Below are positions 1 through 10,900 of a stretch of DNA of 64,000 bases, in pieces. The DNA lies in contig JAGOLR010000001.1 of the NCBI GenBank assembly GCA_017993955.1, positions 15,876 to 79,875 on the forward strand. Direction: 5' to 3'. The notes beneath the pieces were generated by a model. That model was not told the origin of the DNA, searched no databases, and saw nothing but the letters and a program-made list of their open reading frames with translations. Numbering within the stretch: the first letter of the stretch is position 1; the number at the start of each line of letters is the position of its first letter. Both the position numbers and the translations under genes were made by a program. This DNA is from Candidatus Omnitrophota bacterium. Its GTDB lineage: Bacteria > Omnitrophota > Gorgyraeia > 2-01-FULL-45-10.

Positions 1-750
1 GGCTATGAACGATACCCAGCCCTTATATTCCTTATCCGGGTAGGTATCTGTTTTGACGAAGGCCTTTTGACCGAGCTTCACCCTAGCCAGATCTTTCTCT
101 TCTAAATAGGCCGTAACCCATATGTTCTGGAGGTCGGCTACAGTGAAAACTGTAGCGCCCACCTGAACCACCTCTCCCGCAAGAGCGCTTTTGGTCAATA
201 TATAACAATTTATCGGCGATTGCAGGTTAGCGAACCCGAGCCTTGTGTTCGCCAGATCCAAAGCGGATTTTAATTCTTTTATCTGTGCGCGCAATCCATC
301 GGATTTTGTCTGGGCTGAGTCGCGTTTCTGGGTCGAGATCGATCCTGCCTTATAAAGATTTTCAGCTCTTTCATAGTCTATCCTGGCCAGGCGATACTCG
401 AATATCGTACGCTGGAGCGCCCCGGCAGCCTCATCCCTTATCTTTGTAAGCTCGTCGGTCTCTAGCAAAGCGACTGTATCGCCGGATTTTACCACGTCCC
501 CTTCGTCAAAATTAAGCTTCTGGATCTTCCCTTCAACCCTGAAGGATAGCCGGATATCATCGCACTCCATATTGCCGGAGACCTTTATATAACGGCTCGC
601 TTCTATACGTTTCACCTCCATGAATATCAGGATCACGAGTATAATCCCGCCCGCAACCATCAACATCTTTTTATGCTTTGGAGTTATCTTGGGCGCGATC
701 TTGGCATTAAGTTTCTTCGCCGCTTCTTGTATATTTTTTACAGCTTTCAT
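1..750 (-). CDS. HlyD-family membrane fusion (efflux adaptor) protein; N-terminus in window, C-terminus runs off the left edge
   Basis: Minus-strand ORF starts with ATG at 748-750 preceded by AGGAGG. Translation begins MKAVKNIQEAAKKLNAKIAPKITPKHKKMLMVAGGIILVIL (one TM segment) followed by a coiled-coil/barrel-sandwich-like sequence. It lies directly upstream of a TolC-like gene. Confidence 0.55.
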   Translation of the reverse strand, partial: MKAVKNIQEAAKKLNAKIAPKITPKHKKMLMVAGGIILVILIFMEVKRIEASRYIKVSGNMECDDIRLSFRVEGKIQKLNFDEGDVVKSGDTVALLETDELTKIRDEAAGALQRTIFEYRLARIDYERAENLYKAGSISTQKRDSAQTKSDGLRAQIKELKSALDLANTRLGFANLQSPINCYILTKSALAGEVVQVGATVFTVADLQNIWVTAYLEEKDLARVKLGQKAFVKTDTYPDKEYKGWVSFIA

Positions 751-812
751 CTTATTCCTCCTGATTCATAGCTAAAAAAGAAGTAGGGCACACTTAAACG
801 TGCTCTGCAAGA

Positions 813-2189
813 TCATCGGTCTTGAAGAAATTCTTTGCCCATGGTCTTATCTACAAATGCTTGGGCCATCAGGTAATCGTATATCCCGCCGGCCAGGTTC
901 TGTTCAACCTGGCTTAAAGAAACCTGCGAATCCAATATGTCCAGATTGATAGCTTCGCCGTTTTCGTAGCTGACATTGGCTATTCTCAAAGCCTCTGCCG
1001 CTTCTACCAGGCTGTCCTTTTGTGAATTGATGATAGCCTCTGACCTTATCATATCCAGGCACCCTTTACGTATATCTACAGCCACCTGATCCCGAAGGTC
1101 CATAGTAGAAAGGACTGCCTGGGCATACTTGGCCCGGGCATCCTGGACTTTCGCCGTGGTAGCGAAGCTGTCGAATATCGGCACCGTCACCACCACCCCG
1201 CCGCTCCAGTTCGAGTGCTTATAGTTAAACATGGTACCGACCCTGCTGGATTTATAACTGTAGCCGAAACTACCGCTGACCTGTGGTAGTAAAGAGGCTT
1301 GAGCCACGTCAATCCCCCATTTACTTATATCTATGCCCAGGGTCTGGGCTATAACCTGAGGATTGTGAATATACGCATTGATCAAGAACTCGGGTTCTTT
1401 GATTTCTACGGAATCGTAGGTCAATTTACCTATCACCTTGATATCGTCTTTCAAGTTAATACTGAGGAGTTTCTTCAAGTCGGATTTTAGTATGTCAACT
1501 TCGTTCTTGGCGCTTATATAACCTGGCGTGACTTTGGATATTTGGACCTTAGACTGCAAAAGATCGAACCTCGACGCCGTGCCATGATCGTACATGTTCT
1601 GCACTTGTGAATAATGCGCCTTGGCCTGGTCTACCAACTCTCCTTTTATCCTCTCTATCTCATACGCCAGAAGAAGCCCGTAAAAAAGCCTTTTGGTCTC
1701 GAATTCGACTTCGAGTTTCTTGGCCCGCAATAATTCCCATGCGGATTTAAGATTTAGTCTGGCCTGTTTCAACTGCGCATAGCTTGCTCCGCCGTTGAAA
1801 AGGTTCTCCTCTACGGTGACCGTCCCTACGTTCTCGTTTTGATAACCGGTGAATATGCCTATGTCTTTATGAACTCCTTCGGCTTGCTCGATGGCCTGAG
1901 GAAGCTTAAATGTGGCGGCGTTGTAAGTGTAGTTATACTGGGTATTCAGCTTTGGCAGAAACTCGCTTTTTGCATACAGAATACCTGCCTTGGCGGCGGC
2001 GACCTGCTCCTCCTGTATCTGGATAGATTTATTGTTTTTATAGGCTATGGATATAGCGTCCTCGAGGGATAGCGGGATCGTCTGCATGCTGCGTTTATTT
2101 ATTTCGCATATACCCTGAGATGCGCCGCAAACTATTAATGCCAGAAAGGCAGCGAACAAACAAAAAGGCAATGCCTTGGATCTAGACAT
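813..2189 (-). CDS. TolC-family outer membrane efflux protein
   Basis: ORF track 813..2276. The likely true start is MSRSKALPFCLFAAFLALIVCGAS (signal peptide) at 2189. It shows two repeat halves typical of the outer membrane factor family. Confidence 0.6.
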   Translation of the reverse strand: MSRSKALPFCLFAAFLALIVCGASQGICEINKRSMQTIPLSLEDAISIAYKNNKSIQIQEEQVAAAKAGILYAKSEFLPKLNTQYNYTYNAATFKLPQAIEQAEGVHKDIGIFTGYQNENVGTVTVEENLFNGGASYAQLKQARLNLKSAWELLRAKKLEVEFETKRLFYGLLLAYEIERIKGELVDQAKAHYSQVQNMYDHGTASRFDLLQSKVQISKVTPGYISAKNEVDILKSDLKKLLSINLKDDIKVIGKLTYDSVEIKEPEFLINAYIHNPQVIAQTLGIDISKWGIDVAQASLLPQVSGSFGYSYKSSRVGTMFNYKHSNWSGGVVVTVPIFDSFATTAKVQDARAKYAQAVLSTMDLRDQVAVDIRKGCLDMIRSEAIINSQKDSLVEAAEALRIANVSYENGEAINLDILDSQVSLSQVEQNLAGGIYDYLMAQAFVDKTMGKEFLQDR

Positions 2190-2318
2190 TGCCGTATTTT
2201 TTAACCCGCCCTTTATATACATTATAATATCCTTAAATATAATGAATATATTACTACCTCCCAGATTAATGGTCAAGTATGATCAAAATAAAATAACCCG
2301 GTCGACATTATTTAAAGG

Positions 2319-4049
2319 TCACGGAAGATTTGGATTTAACTCTTTAGCTATTCCGTACGCCTCGTCTGCAGCCTGTTCTTGACCCAGTTTTCGGTATGCC
2401 TTGCTTAGATTATAGTAGCCTATGGCATTGTATGGGTTTATATCTACGGCTTTCTTATATAATCTAGCCGCTTCGTCAAAATGACCTAATCGGTACGAAA
2501 TATTCCCCATATTGCTGTATGTTTCCGAATAATTAGGTCTTATTTCGAGGGCTTGGCGATATGCATTCATGGCAGCCTCATGATCACCTAAAGCATCGTA
2601 AGCTGTTCCGAGGTTATTATACGCATCGGCAAAACGCGGATTGACTGCGATGGCTTTCTTATATATTTCTACGGCATCCTGCAACTTACCCAATTTATTA
2701 TACAGATTACCAAGGTTGGAATAAGCGCCTGTATATTGAGGGTCGGATTCTATGGCCTTTTTATATGAGCCAATGCTCTTTTCATAATCCCCCATATCGG
2801 CATACATATTACCCAGATTGTTATAGATACGCGCGGCATCGGTATATTTTAATGTACGTTCATAAAATGTAATTGGGTCTTTCCAGTAAACATTCTGTGT
2901 TATGGTAAGATAACCGAAAAATATCGCTACCAATCCTAATACGGAAAACGCGGTTATTTTAAAACCGTTTATATCCGATAGTTTCGCCAAAAAATATCCG
3001 ACAACGCCAAATAACCCTATAGACGGTACATAAAGCCAGTGTTCGGCCATATACGCATTTATAGGGTAAAGATTTGAGACCGGTAACATACACAGGCAAA
3101 ACCAACCTAATAAGAAAAAAATGGGCTTTTCATTGCGAGTAACATAAACATATAACAAAAAGAACGCTAAAATTATAACCCCTGCTAATACCATTGGATC
3201 TGTTAAGCCGAATGTGCGTTTCCCGTATTCCATATGCAGACCAAAGGGAAAAAATATTATACGAGCGTATTGAAAGATCGCCGCAAAAAACCCAGCTAAT
3301 CTTTCAGTAAAAGGTTGCGGTATCACCGGCTCTGAAAGAGGAAAAGAAAAGACTGTAAGTCTAAGCGTTATATATAAAGCTGTAATGGCACCTATAACAC
3401 AGGCGGGCACAACCTTGATCTTATATTTGAAAACATAATGATATAGACATAGCAAGAATGGAAGTATGATTGCGTATTCTTTGGAAAGTAAAGATAATAC
3501 ATAACAAGCCGCCGATAAAACAAAAAATGCCGTTTTATTCGAATCTAAATATTTAATATAAAAGGTAAAAAACGCGGCTATTCCTAAACCCGCCAACACA
3601 TCGGCCCTGCCTGATATATATGCTACAGCTTCTACATGAACGGGATGAACCATAAAAAGAATGGAAGTAAAAAATCCGGCACGGGTGTTTTTGAACAGAG
3701 AAGAAATAAAGATATAGATGAATATGCCGACCAATATATGCATTATCGTATTCGTGAGATGATAACCAAATACCGAAAGGCCCCATAAAAAATAATCTAT
3801 CATGTAAGTAAATATTTGGACCGGCCTATAAAAGCTGTAGCTAAAATTCGCTCCGGCACCTATATCTTGAGTAAAGACCTTGGGAAGATAAGAGAGGTTC
3901 TTGACGTAAATATTATCGACTATGAGTCGGTCGTCATCGTATAGAAACTGATTACCGAATGAATTAGCATAAATAATAAAACCCAAGACCGCTATTATCG
4001 CTATATGTGCTATGCTTAGAGTTCTTGGATCTTCTTTAATTTGACCCAT
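2319..4049 (-). CDS. Multi-pass membrane protein with C-terminal TPR repeats (PMT/TMTC-like glycosyltransferase-39-type architecture)
   Basis: 576 aa. The N-terminal ~400 aa are hydrophobic with many TM helices. The C-terminus carries repeated AY.NLG..Y...G....A...Y..A TPR units. Confidence 0.55.
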   Translation of the reverse strand: MGQIKEDPRTLSIAHIAIIAVLGFIIYANSFGNQFLYDDDRLIVDNIYVKNLSYLPKVFTQDIGAGANFSYSFYRPVQIFTYMIDYFLWGLSVFGYHLTNTIMHILVGIFIYIFISSLFKNTRAGFFTSILFMVHPVHVEAVAYISGRADVLAGLGIAAFFTFYIKYLDSNKTAFFVLSAACYVLSLLSKEYAIILPFLLCLYHYVFKYKIKVVPACVIGAITALYITLRLTVFSFPLSEPVIPQPFTERLAGFFAAIFQYARIIFFPFGLHMEYGKRTFGLTDPMVLAGVIILAFFLLYVYVTRNEKPIFFLLGWFCLCMLPVSNLYPINAYMAEHWLYVPSIGLFGVVGYFLAKLSDINGFKITAFSVLGLVAIFFGYLTITQNVYWKDPITFYERTLKYTDAARIYNNLGNMYADMGDYEKSIGSYKKAIESDPQYTGAYSNLGNLYNKLGKLQDAVEIYKKAIAVNPRFADAYNNLGTAYDALGDHEAAMNAYRQALEIRPNYSETYSNMGNISYRLGHFDEAARLYKKAVDINPYNAIGYYNLSKAYRKLGQEQAADEAYGIAKELNPNLP

Positions 4050-5100
4050 CTTTGCGGGAGGTCTTTCTTTTGTTCAGATACTCTTCAAACTTTACCCAAA
4101 AAGGGTCTACGCGGGGATGGGCGAGCCTTCTGGTGCTTCCTTTTTCGATTACGCGTATAATACCGCTTTTGTTATTTGCCTCGCCTGCGATACTCGCCGA
4201 TATCCCCTCATCTTCCAGTGCCTTAACGACACCTTTTGCTTTAGATCTTTTTGCGGTAGCAAGAAGGGTCCCTTCACTTATAGCGCAGTAAGGGTCGATA
4301 CCGAAACATTTACATGTCTTTTTCACCTCGTCCTGCACTATGATAGTATCCAGATATATATCCATGCCGACATTACTATGAGAGGCCATCTCATACAGAC
4401 CGCCGAATACGCCGCATTCCGTAGCGTCGTGCATAGCCGTAACCCCTCCAGCCGCTGCCGCTATCTTCGCATCCTCGACGGTAGACATCTGGTAGTAGAT
4501 CTTCTGGGCTTTTTTAACAAAATCGCTGCCATAAGCCTTTTCAAGGAATTCCGGGAAATAGGCAGACATTAGCCCGGTAGTTTCGATCGCGGGACCTTTC
4601 GAAACTATGATCAGGTCTCCCGGGCAAACCTTTGGTATGATAAGATCCTTTCTTCTACCTACCCCTATTACGGTAGCGCCCCCCACCATGGGGAAATTAC
4701 ACCCTGCATATCTGGCCGTGTGCCCCGTAACAACGTTTATACCGAGTTTTTTGCATTCTCGGTGTACGGTATCCCACATCAGCACAAGATCCTTTTCGCT
4801 CATCTCAGGAGGAAGGTTCAGGTCTATGGATAGATAACGCGGAGGTATCCCGCTTACCGCAACATCGCTTGCTATTATATGAACCGCAAACCAGGCGGCC
4901 TTCTCTATTCCGAGCTCGTGGGCAATGTAAAAAGGGTCTGTGGACATTACCATGACGCTGGAACCCAACCTTACAACGCCAAAGTCGACTCCGTGCTGAG
5001 GTTTTACAAGAACAGAACTGTCGGGATGGCCAAGGCGCGGATATATAAAGCTATTAAAAAATTCCGGGTGGATCTTCCCTAGAGTCGGCAGTTTTTCCAT
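4036..5100 (-). CDS. AIR-synthase-related (PurM/HypE/ThiL-like) protein
   Basis: 354 aa with GVDFGVV, MVMSTDPFY and ATAMHDATECG motifs characteristic of the PurM-like superfamily. Confidence 0.5.
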   Translation of the reverse strand: MEKLPTLGKIHPEFFNSFIYPRLGHPDSSVLVKPQHGVDFGVVRLGSSVMVMSTDPFYIAHELGIEKAAWFAVHIIASDVAVSGIPPRYLSIDLNLPPEMSEKDLVLMWDTVHRECKKLGINVVTGHTARYAGCNFPMVGGATVIGVGRRKDLIIPKVCPGDLIIVSKGPAIETTGLMSAYFPEFLEKAYGSDFVKKAQKIYYQMSTVEDAKIAAAAGGVTAMHDATECGVFGGLYEMASHSNVGMDIYLDTIIVQDEVKKTCKCFGIDPYCAISEGTLLATAKRSKAKGVVKALEDEGISASIAGEANNKSGIIRVIEKGSTRRLAHPRVDPFWVKFEEYLNKRKTSRKDGSN

Positions 5101-5105
5101 AAATT

Positions 5106-6101
5106 TTATTGTATCCTTATCTTTTCCACTTCTGTCTGAGACGCCGGCTTTACGCTTACAGTCGTGCGTATATTTGAACCATGCATCCAGTAGTCCACTG
5201 CCAAATATGGCTCGTGCCTGAATTTAGTGTGGTAAGCGGCTATTCCCGCGGCGTGTTTTATAATATCATCGTCTACCTTACCGCGCAAAAGCGAGACCGG
5301 ACCTTGCTTATCTTTCAGCTTAAGATATACGTCTCCCGGAACCGCTATTCTTTGCAATTCCATATTTTCGTTTTCGTCTCTTCCGACCACGAGTTTTACA
5401 TCGTCCGCAATGCGATAATGCCGGCCTTCTTTTAATAACAGTAGATTGTCAATATTAACGGCATCATGCTTAAACAGGTCCTTGACGCGCTTTGCAAAGC
5501 CGGGATCTGTAAGAAGGCACCCACCTGAAGGATTGGGATACTCTTTGATACTGAATTTTTCGGCCAGGGACATTTGCGGTTTTCTGGACCTGCCCCTAAT
5601 ATCGAGGAGCTTTTCGCGGTCCACTATCCCTTCCTTCTCCGGGATGGTCGGCTCAAGCAGCTTCGCAGAGAGCGGACGCAGAAGCATGCCTCGCACCCCG
5701 GCTTTTTTTTCTATCAGATTGAGGGCGTCTTTCCTTTGGGACATGGGGCGCTCGCCGAGCACTTCTCCCGTAACCAAAAAAGCTCCTCCGGCTTTCTCCA
5801 TATACTCTTTCGCTTTCTTAAGCATGAATATTTTGCAGTCTATGCAGGGGTTTACGTTCGCCCCGTATCCATGCGCCGGGTTTTTTAGTATTCCTAAGTA
5901 CTCCTTTGTTATGTCGAACACCTTCAGCGGTACGCCGATCGCCTTGGCCGCTTTCTCAGCCCCGGCCTTACCTCCGCTGCAGGCAGCGAAGTCTATGTGA
6001 TAATGGACGCAGTCCACTTCGAACCCAAGCTCTTTCATGAGCCTTGCGGCAAGGATACTGTCGAGACCACCGGATAACAGAACGATCGCTTTATATGACA
6101 T
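5106..6101 (-). CDS. PP-loop ATPase, ThiI-like adenylyltransferase domain protein (no THUMP domain)
   Basis: The SGGLDS PP-loop lies near the N-terminus. NPCIDCK and TGEVLGERPMSQ resemble the ThiI AANH domain. Length 331 aa. Confidence 0.45.
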   Translation of the reverse strand: MSYKAIVLLSGGLDSILAARLMKELGFEVDCVHYHIDFAACSGGKAGAEKAAKAIGVPLKVFDITKEYLGILKNPAHGYGANVNPCIDCKIFMLKKAKEYMEKAGGAFLVTGEVLGERPMSQRKDALNLIEKKAGVRGMLLRPLSAKLLEPTIPEKEGIVDREKLLDIRGRSRKPQMSLAEKFSIKEYPNPSGGCLLTDPGFAKRVKDLFKHDAVNIDNLLLLKEGRHYRIADDVKLVVGRDENENMELQRIAVPGDVYLKLKDKQGPVSLLRGKVDDDIIKHAAGIAAYHTKFRHEPYLAVDYWMHGSNIRTTVSVKPASQTEVEKIRIQ

Positions 6102-6116
6102 ATGAATTTGCGCTTT

Positions 6117-7436
6117 TCACTGCGAACTACCCTCGCTTGATTTCAGTTTTGATAGCCACTCTTTTATCTTCTTTTCGTGCCCAAGCTCCGTCGGTATGTA
6201 ATATTTCTTATCCGAGGGCTTGTATTCTTGCTCGACGTAGTGGTCTTTAAAGTCGTGGGCGTATTTGTAGCCTTTGCCGTGTCCAAATGCATCCCCATCC
6301 AGGTTCGCGTCTTTCAGGTGGTCAGGGACTTCGAGGATTTTGCCGTCCTCGACGTCTTTTAGGGCTGATTCTATTCCCAAATAGGCCGCATTAGATTTCG
6401 GAGCGCATGCCACATAGACTGCCGCTTGCGCAAGCGGGATCCTGGCTTCAGGCATACCCACAAATTCCGAGATCTGCAAGGCAGCGTTAGCGATTACTAT
6501 CGCTTGCGGGTCGGCGTTACCCACATCTTCTGCGGCACAAATCACGATACGCCTTGCTATGAAACGCGGGTCTTCGCCTGCATATATCATCTTGGCGAGC
6601 CAGTACAGGGCGGCATCCGGATCCGAACCGCGCATGGATTTTATAAAAGCCGAGATGGTATCGTAATGTCCGTCTTCGTCCTTGTCATAAATGACGGCCT
6701 TCTTCTGTATCGATTCTTCAGCAACCTTCACGGTAAAATGCACCTTCTTGTCCTTCGAAGCAGGCGTGCTCAAAACCCCTATCTCAAGGCTTGAAAGGGC
6801 CTTCCTGGCGTCTCCATCTGATACAAAAGCCAGGTGTTTAAGCGCATCTTCATCCATGGAGACCGGTATTTTGCCAAGTCCATACTCTTTATCCTGTAAC
6901 GCGCGTTTTAAAATTGACACCAGATCCGATTCGGGTAGTTTTTTGAATTCGAATACCTGGGACCTGGAAAGAAGGGCCGCATTTACATAAAAAAACGGAT
7001 TATGGGTGGTCGTTCCTATCAGGACGGGGTTCCCTGCCTCGACGTCGGGCATGAGCACATCTTGTTGGGCTTTATTGAAGCGGTGTATTTCGTCTATAAG
7101 GAGAATCGTGCGTTTACCGTTAATAGATTCGCGTTTTTTTGCGGCATCTATTATCTTGCGTATATCGGCAACATTATTGGAAGCGGCGTTTATCCTGTCA
7201 AAATGGGCGCCTGTGCGTTCGCTTATTATAAGCGCAAGCGTAGTCTTGCCGCAACCGGGCGGGCCGTACAATATTATCGAGGATATTTTGTCAGTCTCTA
7301 TAAGCCTTCGCAGGAGCTTGCCTTTACCCAGGATATCCTCTTGCCCCGCAAAATCATCTATGGTCCTGGGCCTCATCCTCGCGGCCAGAGGCTCATGCGT
7401 TCTTATCTTATTTTTACCCGTCTCAAACAGATCCAT
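6117..7436 (-). CDS. rarA: Replication-associated recombination protein A (AAA+ ATPase RarA/MgsA)
   Basis: Walker A motif GPPGCGKTTLA. A MgsA-type C-terminal domain is present. Length 439 aa. Confidence 0.85.
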   Translation of the reverse strand: MDLFETGKNKIRTHEPLAARMRPRTIDDFAGQEDILGKGKLLRRLIETDKISSIILYGPPGCGKTTLALIISERTGAHFDRINAASNNVADIRKIIDAAKKRESINGKRTILLIDEIHRFNKAQQDVLMPDVEAGNPVLIGTTTHNPFFYVNAALLSRSQVFEFKKLPESDLVSILKRALQDKEYGLGKIPVSMDEDALKHLAFVSDGDARKALSSLEIGVLSTPASKDKKVHFTVKVAEESIQKKAVIYDKDEDGHYDTISAFIKSMRGSDPDAALYWLAKMIYAGEDPRFIARRIVICAAEDVGNADPQAIVIANAALQISEFVGMPEARIPLAQAAVYVACAPKSNAAYLGIESALKDVEDGKILEVPDHLKDANLDGDAFGHGKGYKYAHDFKDHYVEQEYKPSDKKYYIPTELGHEKKIKEWLSKLKSSEGSSQ

Positions 7437-7663
7437 TGTGTATAAAAAATCCCCGCTGATGCCGTGTGTGATTGAATTATCTTGACCCTGTTCGTAACAG
7501 GTGGGTGCCCTCGTACGTACGCCAAGGCGTCCGTTCAGTTAGGCTCCCTAGTTTAGTGCTAATGGCTCAAGATTCTCCATCCGAATCACGCACATCGCAG
7601 GGAATTTTTATTCCACTACAAGTATATCACAAAAATCGGGAAAGACAAATCGAACCCCGGCCG

Positions 7664-9757
7664 CTATCTTTGTTTAGCGCCGAATCGCTCAGCCAAAGCA
7701 TTCAAAACCCTGGCGTGCACATCCTGTATGTCTTTCTCTTCAAGGGTGCGTGAAGAATCCTGGTATTCGAGCCTGTATGTCATGCTGATATTATCGCCGA
7801 ATATCTGTTTGCCTTTATACCTATCTACCAATTCTACGCTCTTCAAAAGCGGGCCGGCCGCACCGTTTATACACCCGACCAAGTCTGAGTTCAAAATATC
7901 CTTTGATACGACAACCGATATATCCCGGGAGACAGAAGGGTAGCGAGGTATCGCCTGGAAGGCTTTCTTCAGAACCGATTTTTCGCACAAAGGGCCTCTG
8001 ATCAACTGGGCAAAATATATCTTATCTTTTATATCGAAATCATGGGCTACCTCGCGATCCACCTCGCCGATAAAACCTATAATTTGTCCGGATAATAAGA
8101 CATCGGCGCACGCGCCTTTGGCAAGTCCTGGGCGGTCTGACGACTTGAATGAAATGCCGGTCAACCCGAGTTCTCCGACCACCTTTTCGACCATCCCTTT
8201 AAGATCATAGAAATCGGCCGGCCTTACCGGGACCTGCCACCCCGATACTATCTCGCCCGTAACCGCTATAGAGAGCGATTCGATCTCTTCAAATTTATCC
8301 TCTCCGGTCTTTTTATATACGCTGCCCAATTCAAAAAGTTTAAGGTTTTTGTTCTTTCTGTTAATATTCCAAAGGATGGCGTTAAGCATACCGGGCAAAA
8401 GACTCGAGCGCATAACTTCCTGCTCGCCGGAAAGAGGGTTTCTCACTTCCGCAACGTGCTCTAACCCGCATCGGCTTGACTCTATAGCCTTTCTGCTGAT
8501 CAAACTGTAGGTTATTATCTCGAACGCTCCGTTAGCGGTAAGCGTAGCGCGGATATTTTTTGCTATGACGCGCTTTCTCTCCAACCGTTCCGGTTGATCT
8601 ACTATGCCGGGTATAGTCTCTGGGACTTTCCCGTAACCGTAGGCCCTGGCTACCTCTTCGATGCAATCTACTTCGGCGTTTATATCATTCCTGAAATCCG
8701 GAACATGCAAAAAAAGCGAGTCCTTCGAAGACTTTCCGATCTTTAAACCAAGCGCTGTAAGAATCCCTTTAACTTTTGAAGTAGGTATATATATGCCCAA
8801 CAGTTTATAAAGGCGCGATAAGCGCAGCGTAACCGATCTAACATTCTTTGTCTTCCCCGCGGATTCGGTAAATTCGCCGGGCGCGCCGCCGGCAAGCTCT
8901 TTTATGAGCGCGGTCGCCCTTAAAGACGCATACTCTATATTCGTTATTGCGACTTTTCGCTCGAATCGATAACTCGACTCGGTAGAAAGAGCGAAACGTC
9001 TGGACGTACGCCGTATAGCAATAGGGTCGAAAGACGCCGCTTCCAAAAGTATATTCTTAGTAGAAGCGGTCACTTCCGTATCCAGCCCGCCCATGATCCC
9101 AGCCAAAGCTATGGGACCTTTTGAGTCGGCGATAACTATCATCGACTCGTCAAGAACCCGTTCTACCCCGTCGATCGTCTTAAGCTTTTCACCTTTTTTG
9201 GCTTTGCGTACGGTTATAACACGCCCTGATATCTTATCCAGATCGAATGCGTGCATGGGTTCTCCAGTCTCAAAAAGACAGAAGTTTGTAATATCCACTA
9301 CGTTATTTATCGATCTCAGCCCCATGGCCTCCAGGCGTGCTTTCAGCCAATCCGGCGATTCTCCCACGGCTACATCGGCAATAACTCTAGCGGTATATTT
9401 GGGGCAAAGCCTTTTATCCTCTATCTTGACGGAAAACCGTAAACTTTCACTGCGAGCAGTCGAATCGATCGAACGGACTATTTTTTGAGATTGCTTTGGA
9501 GGCTTTGCGGCCTCGTGATGACGAACGGATGGAATTTTTATTTTCTTCCCAGTCAGCGCGGCCACTTCCCGGGCTACTCCTATCACAGAAAGCCAGTCGG
9601 GTCTGTTAGAGGTTACCTCTATCTCGAATATGTTGTCGCCGGCAATCGCATCGACCGATTCGACAGAAAGCCCGCTCATAGTCAAGAGGCGCCTCAGCTC
9701 CTCTGGAGGCAACTTAATATCTACGTATTCCTTTAACCAGTTATAACTTATTTTCAT
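7664..9757 (-). CDS. pheT: Phenylalanine--tRNA ligase beta subunit
   Basis: 697 aa. The protein starts MKISYNWLKEYVDI, typical of PheT, and carries B3/B4, B5 and FDX-ACB-like regions. It sits immediately downstream of pheS. Confidence 0.9.
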   Translation of the reverse strand: MKISYNWLKEYVDIKLPPEELRRLLTMSGLSVESVDAIAGDNIFEIEVTSNRPDWLSVIGVAREVAALTGKKIKIPSVRHHEAAKPPKQSQKIVRSIDSTARSESLRFSVKIEDKRLCPKYTARVIADVAVGESPDWLKARLEAMGLRSINNVVDITNFCLFETGEPMHAFDLDKISGRVITVRKAKKGEKLKTIDGVERVLDESMIVIADSKGPIALAGIMGGLDTEVTASTKNILLEAASFDPIAIRRTSRRFALSTESSYRFERKVAITNIEYASLRATALIKELAGGAPGEFTESAGKTKNVRSVTLRLSRLYKLLGIYIPTSKVKGILTALGLKIGKSSKDSLFLHVPDFRNDINAEVDCIEEVARAYGYGKVPETIPGIVDQPERLERKRVIAKNIRATLTANGAFEIITYSLISRKAIESSRCGLEHVAEVRNPLSGEQEVMRSSLLPGMLNAILWNINRKNKNLKLFELGSVYKKTGEDKFEEIESLSIAVTGEIVSGWQVPVRPADFYDLKGMVEKVVGELGLTGISFKSSDRPGLAKGACADVLLSGQIIGFIGEVDREVAHDFDIKDKIYFAQLIRGPLCEKSVLKKAFQAIPRYPSVSRDISVVVSKDILNSDLVGCINGAAGPLLKSVELVDRYKGKQIFGDNISMTYRLEYQDSSRTLEEKDIQDVHARVLNALAERFGAKQR

Positions 9758-9816
9758 AAAGCCGCTCGATAGTTACCGGTAACGACAAATCTCAAATTGA
9801 CCTTTATTGATCTGAT

Positions 9817-10893
9817 TTAAAACTGTTTCAAAAACCTCACGTCGTTTTCATAGAACATTCGAATATCGTTTATACCGTATTTTAGCATCGCTATGCGCTC
9901 AACGCCCATGCCGAACGCAAAACCTGTAACCTTGTCCGGGTCATACCCGACGTTTTTAAACACTTTCGGGTTGACCATACCAGCCCCTAAGATTTCCAAC
10001 CAGCCCTTGCCGCCGCAGACACTGCATTTGCGCGGAGTACTGTCGTTTTGTCCTTCAAGCTGATCCGGGCTAAGCAGTGCCCCCCGCTCTTTACCGGAAC
10101 AAATAATACAAGATATGTCGACTTCAGCGCTTGGTTCCGTGAATGGAAAGAAACTCGGTCTGAGCCGCATCCTTGTTGAGCCTCCGAACAATTGCCTGGC
10201 GAAGACCCCCAAAGCGCCTTTAAGATCGGAGAATTTTATGTCGCTGCCCACTACAAGTCCCTCAACTTGATGAAACATGAAGGAGTGCGATGCATCGGTG
10301 GCGTCAGGCCTATAAACTTTCCCCGGCACGACTATGGCAAACGGCGGTTTGTGCTTTTCCATGAAACGCGCCTGCACAGGAGAGGTGTGGCTTCTCAGAA
10401 GATGCTTCCCGCCCTTGGAAGCCAGGTAGAAAGTATCGAATGCGTCTCTGGACGGATGCTCTAAAGGTATATTCAAGGACTCAAAATTATAATGCTCGGT
10501 CTCTATCTCAGGCCCCTCCACGACCCTGAACCCAAGCGATATGAATACTTCGCATATCTCTTCTATGGTTTTGGTTATCGGGTGTATGCGGCCTGGGCTT
10601 AAGGCCATCCCGGGCAAAGTGGTGTCTATGCTTTCAGCATGGGTTGCCGATTGCCCTGAGCTGCAGCCGGCTTTGCCGTCAAGCCTTCCCGAAACGGTCT
10701 CTTTCAACAGATTGATAAGCCTCCCTATTTCGGGGCGCTCTTCGGAGGACACCTCCCCCATCTTTTTAAATAGCTCGGTGATGATGCCCTTGCGGCCAAG
10801 GTATTTGACCCTTAGGGCCTCTATCTCCTGGCCGGATGCGGCATCTATTTCACCAATAGCTTCTCTTTCGATGTCCTGTATGCGCTGACGCAT
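9817..10893 (-). CDS. pheS: Phenylalanine--tRNA ligase alpha subunit
   Basis: 358 aa with a class II aaRS core (FRPSFFPFTEPS, GMGVERIAML). Confidence 0.9.
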   Translation of the reverse strand: MRQRIQDIEREAIGEIDAASGQEIEALRVKYLGRKGIITELFKKMGEVSSEERPEIGRLINLLKETVSGRLDGKAGCSSGQSATHAESIDTTLPGMALSPGRIHPITKTIEEICEVFISLGFRVVEGPEIETEHYNFESLNIPLEHPSRDAFDTFYLASKGGKHLLRSHTSPVQARFMEKHKPPFAIVVPGKVYRPDATDASHSFMFHQVEGLVVGSDIKFSDLKGALGVFARQLFGGSTRMRLRPSFFPFTEPSAEVDISCIICSGKERGALLSPDQLEGQNDSTPRKCSVCGGKGWLEILGAGMVNPKVFKNVGYDPDKVTGFAFGMGVERIAMLKYGINDIRMFYENDVRFLKQF

Positions 10894-10900
10894 AATATCT

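Noticed and set aside
7490-7560. SRP RNA, 6S RNA or tmRNA in the pheT-rarA spacer
   Set aside because: No conserved SRP domain IV motif or tmRNA tag-reading frame could be recognised by eye. It is left as an unassigned possible small RNA.
7472-7753. 93-aa plus-strand ORF in the pheT-rarA spacer
   Set aside because: It overlaps the pheT 3' end on the opposite strand and has no recognisable motifs. It is most likely a spurious ORF in a non-coding spacer.
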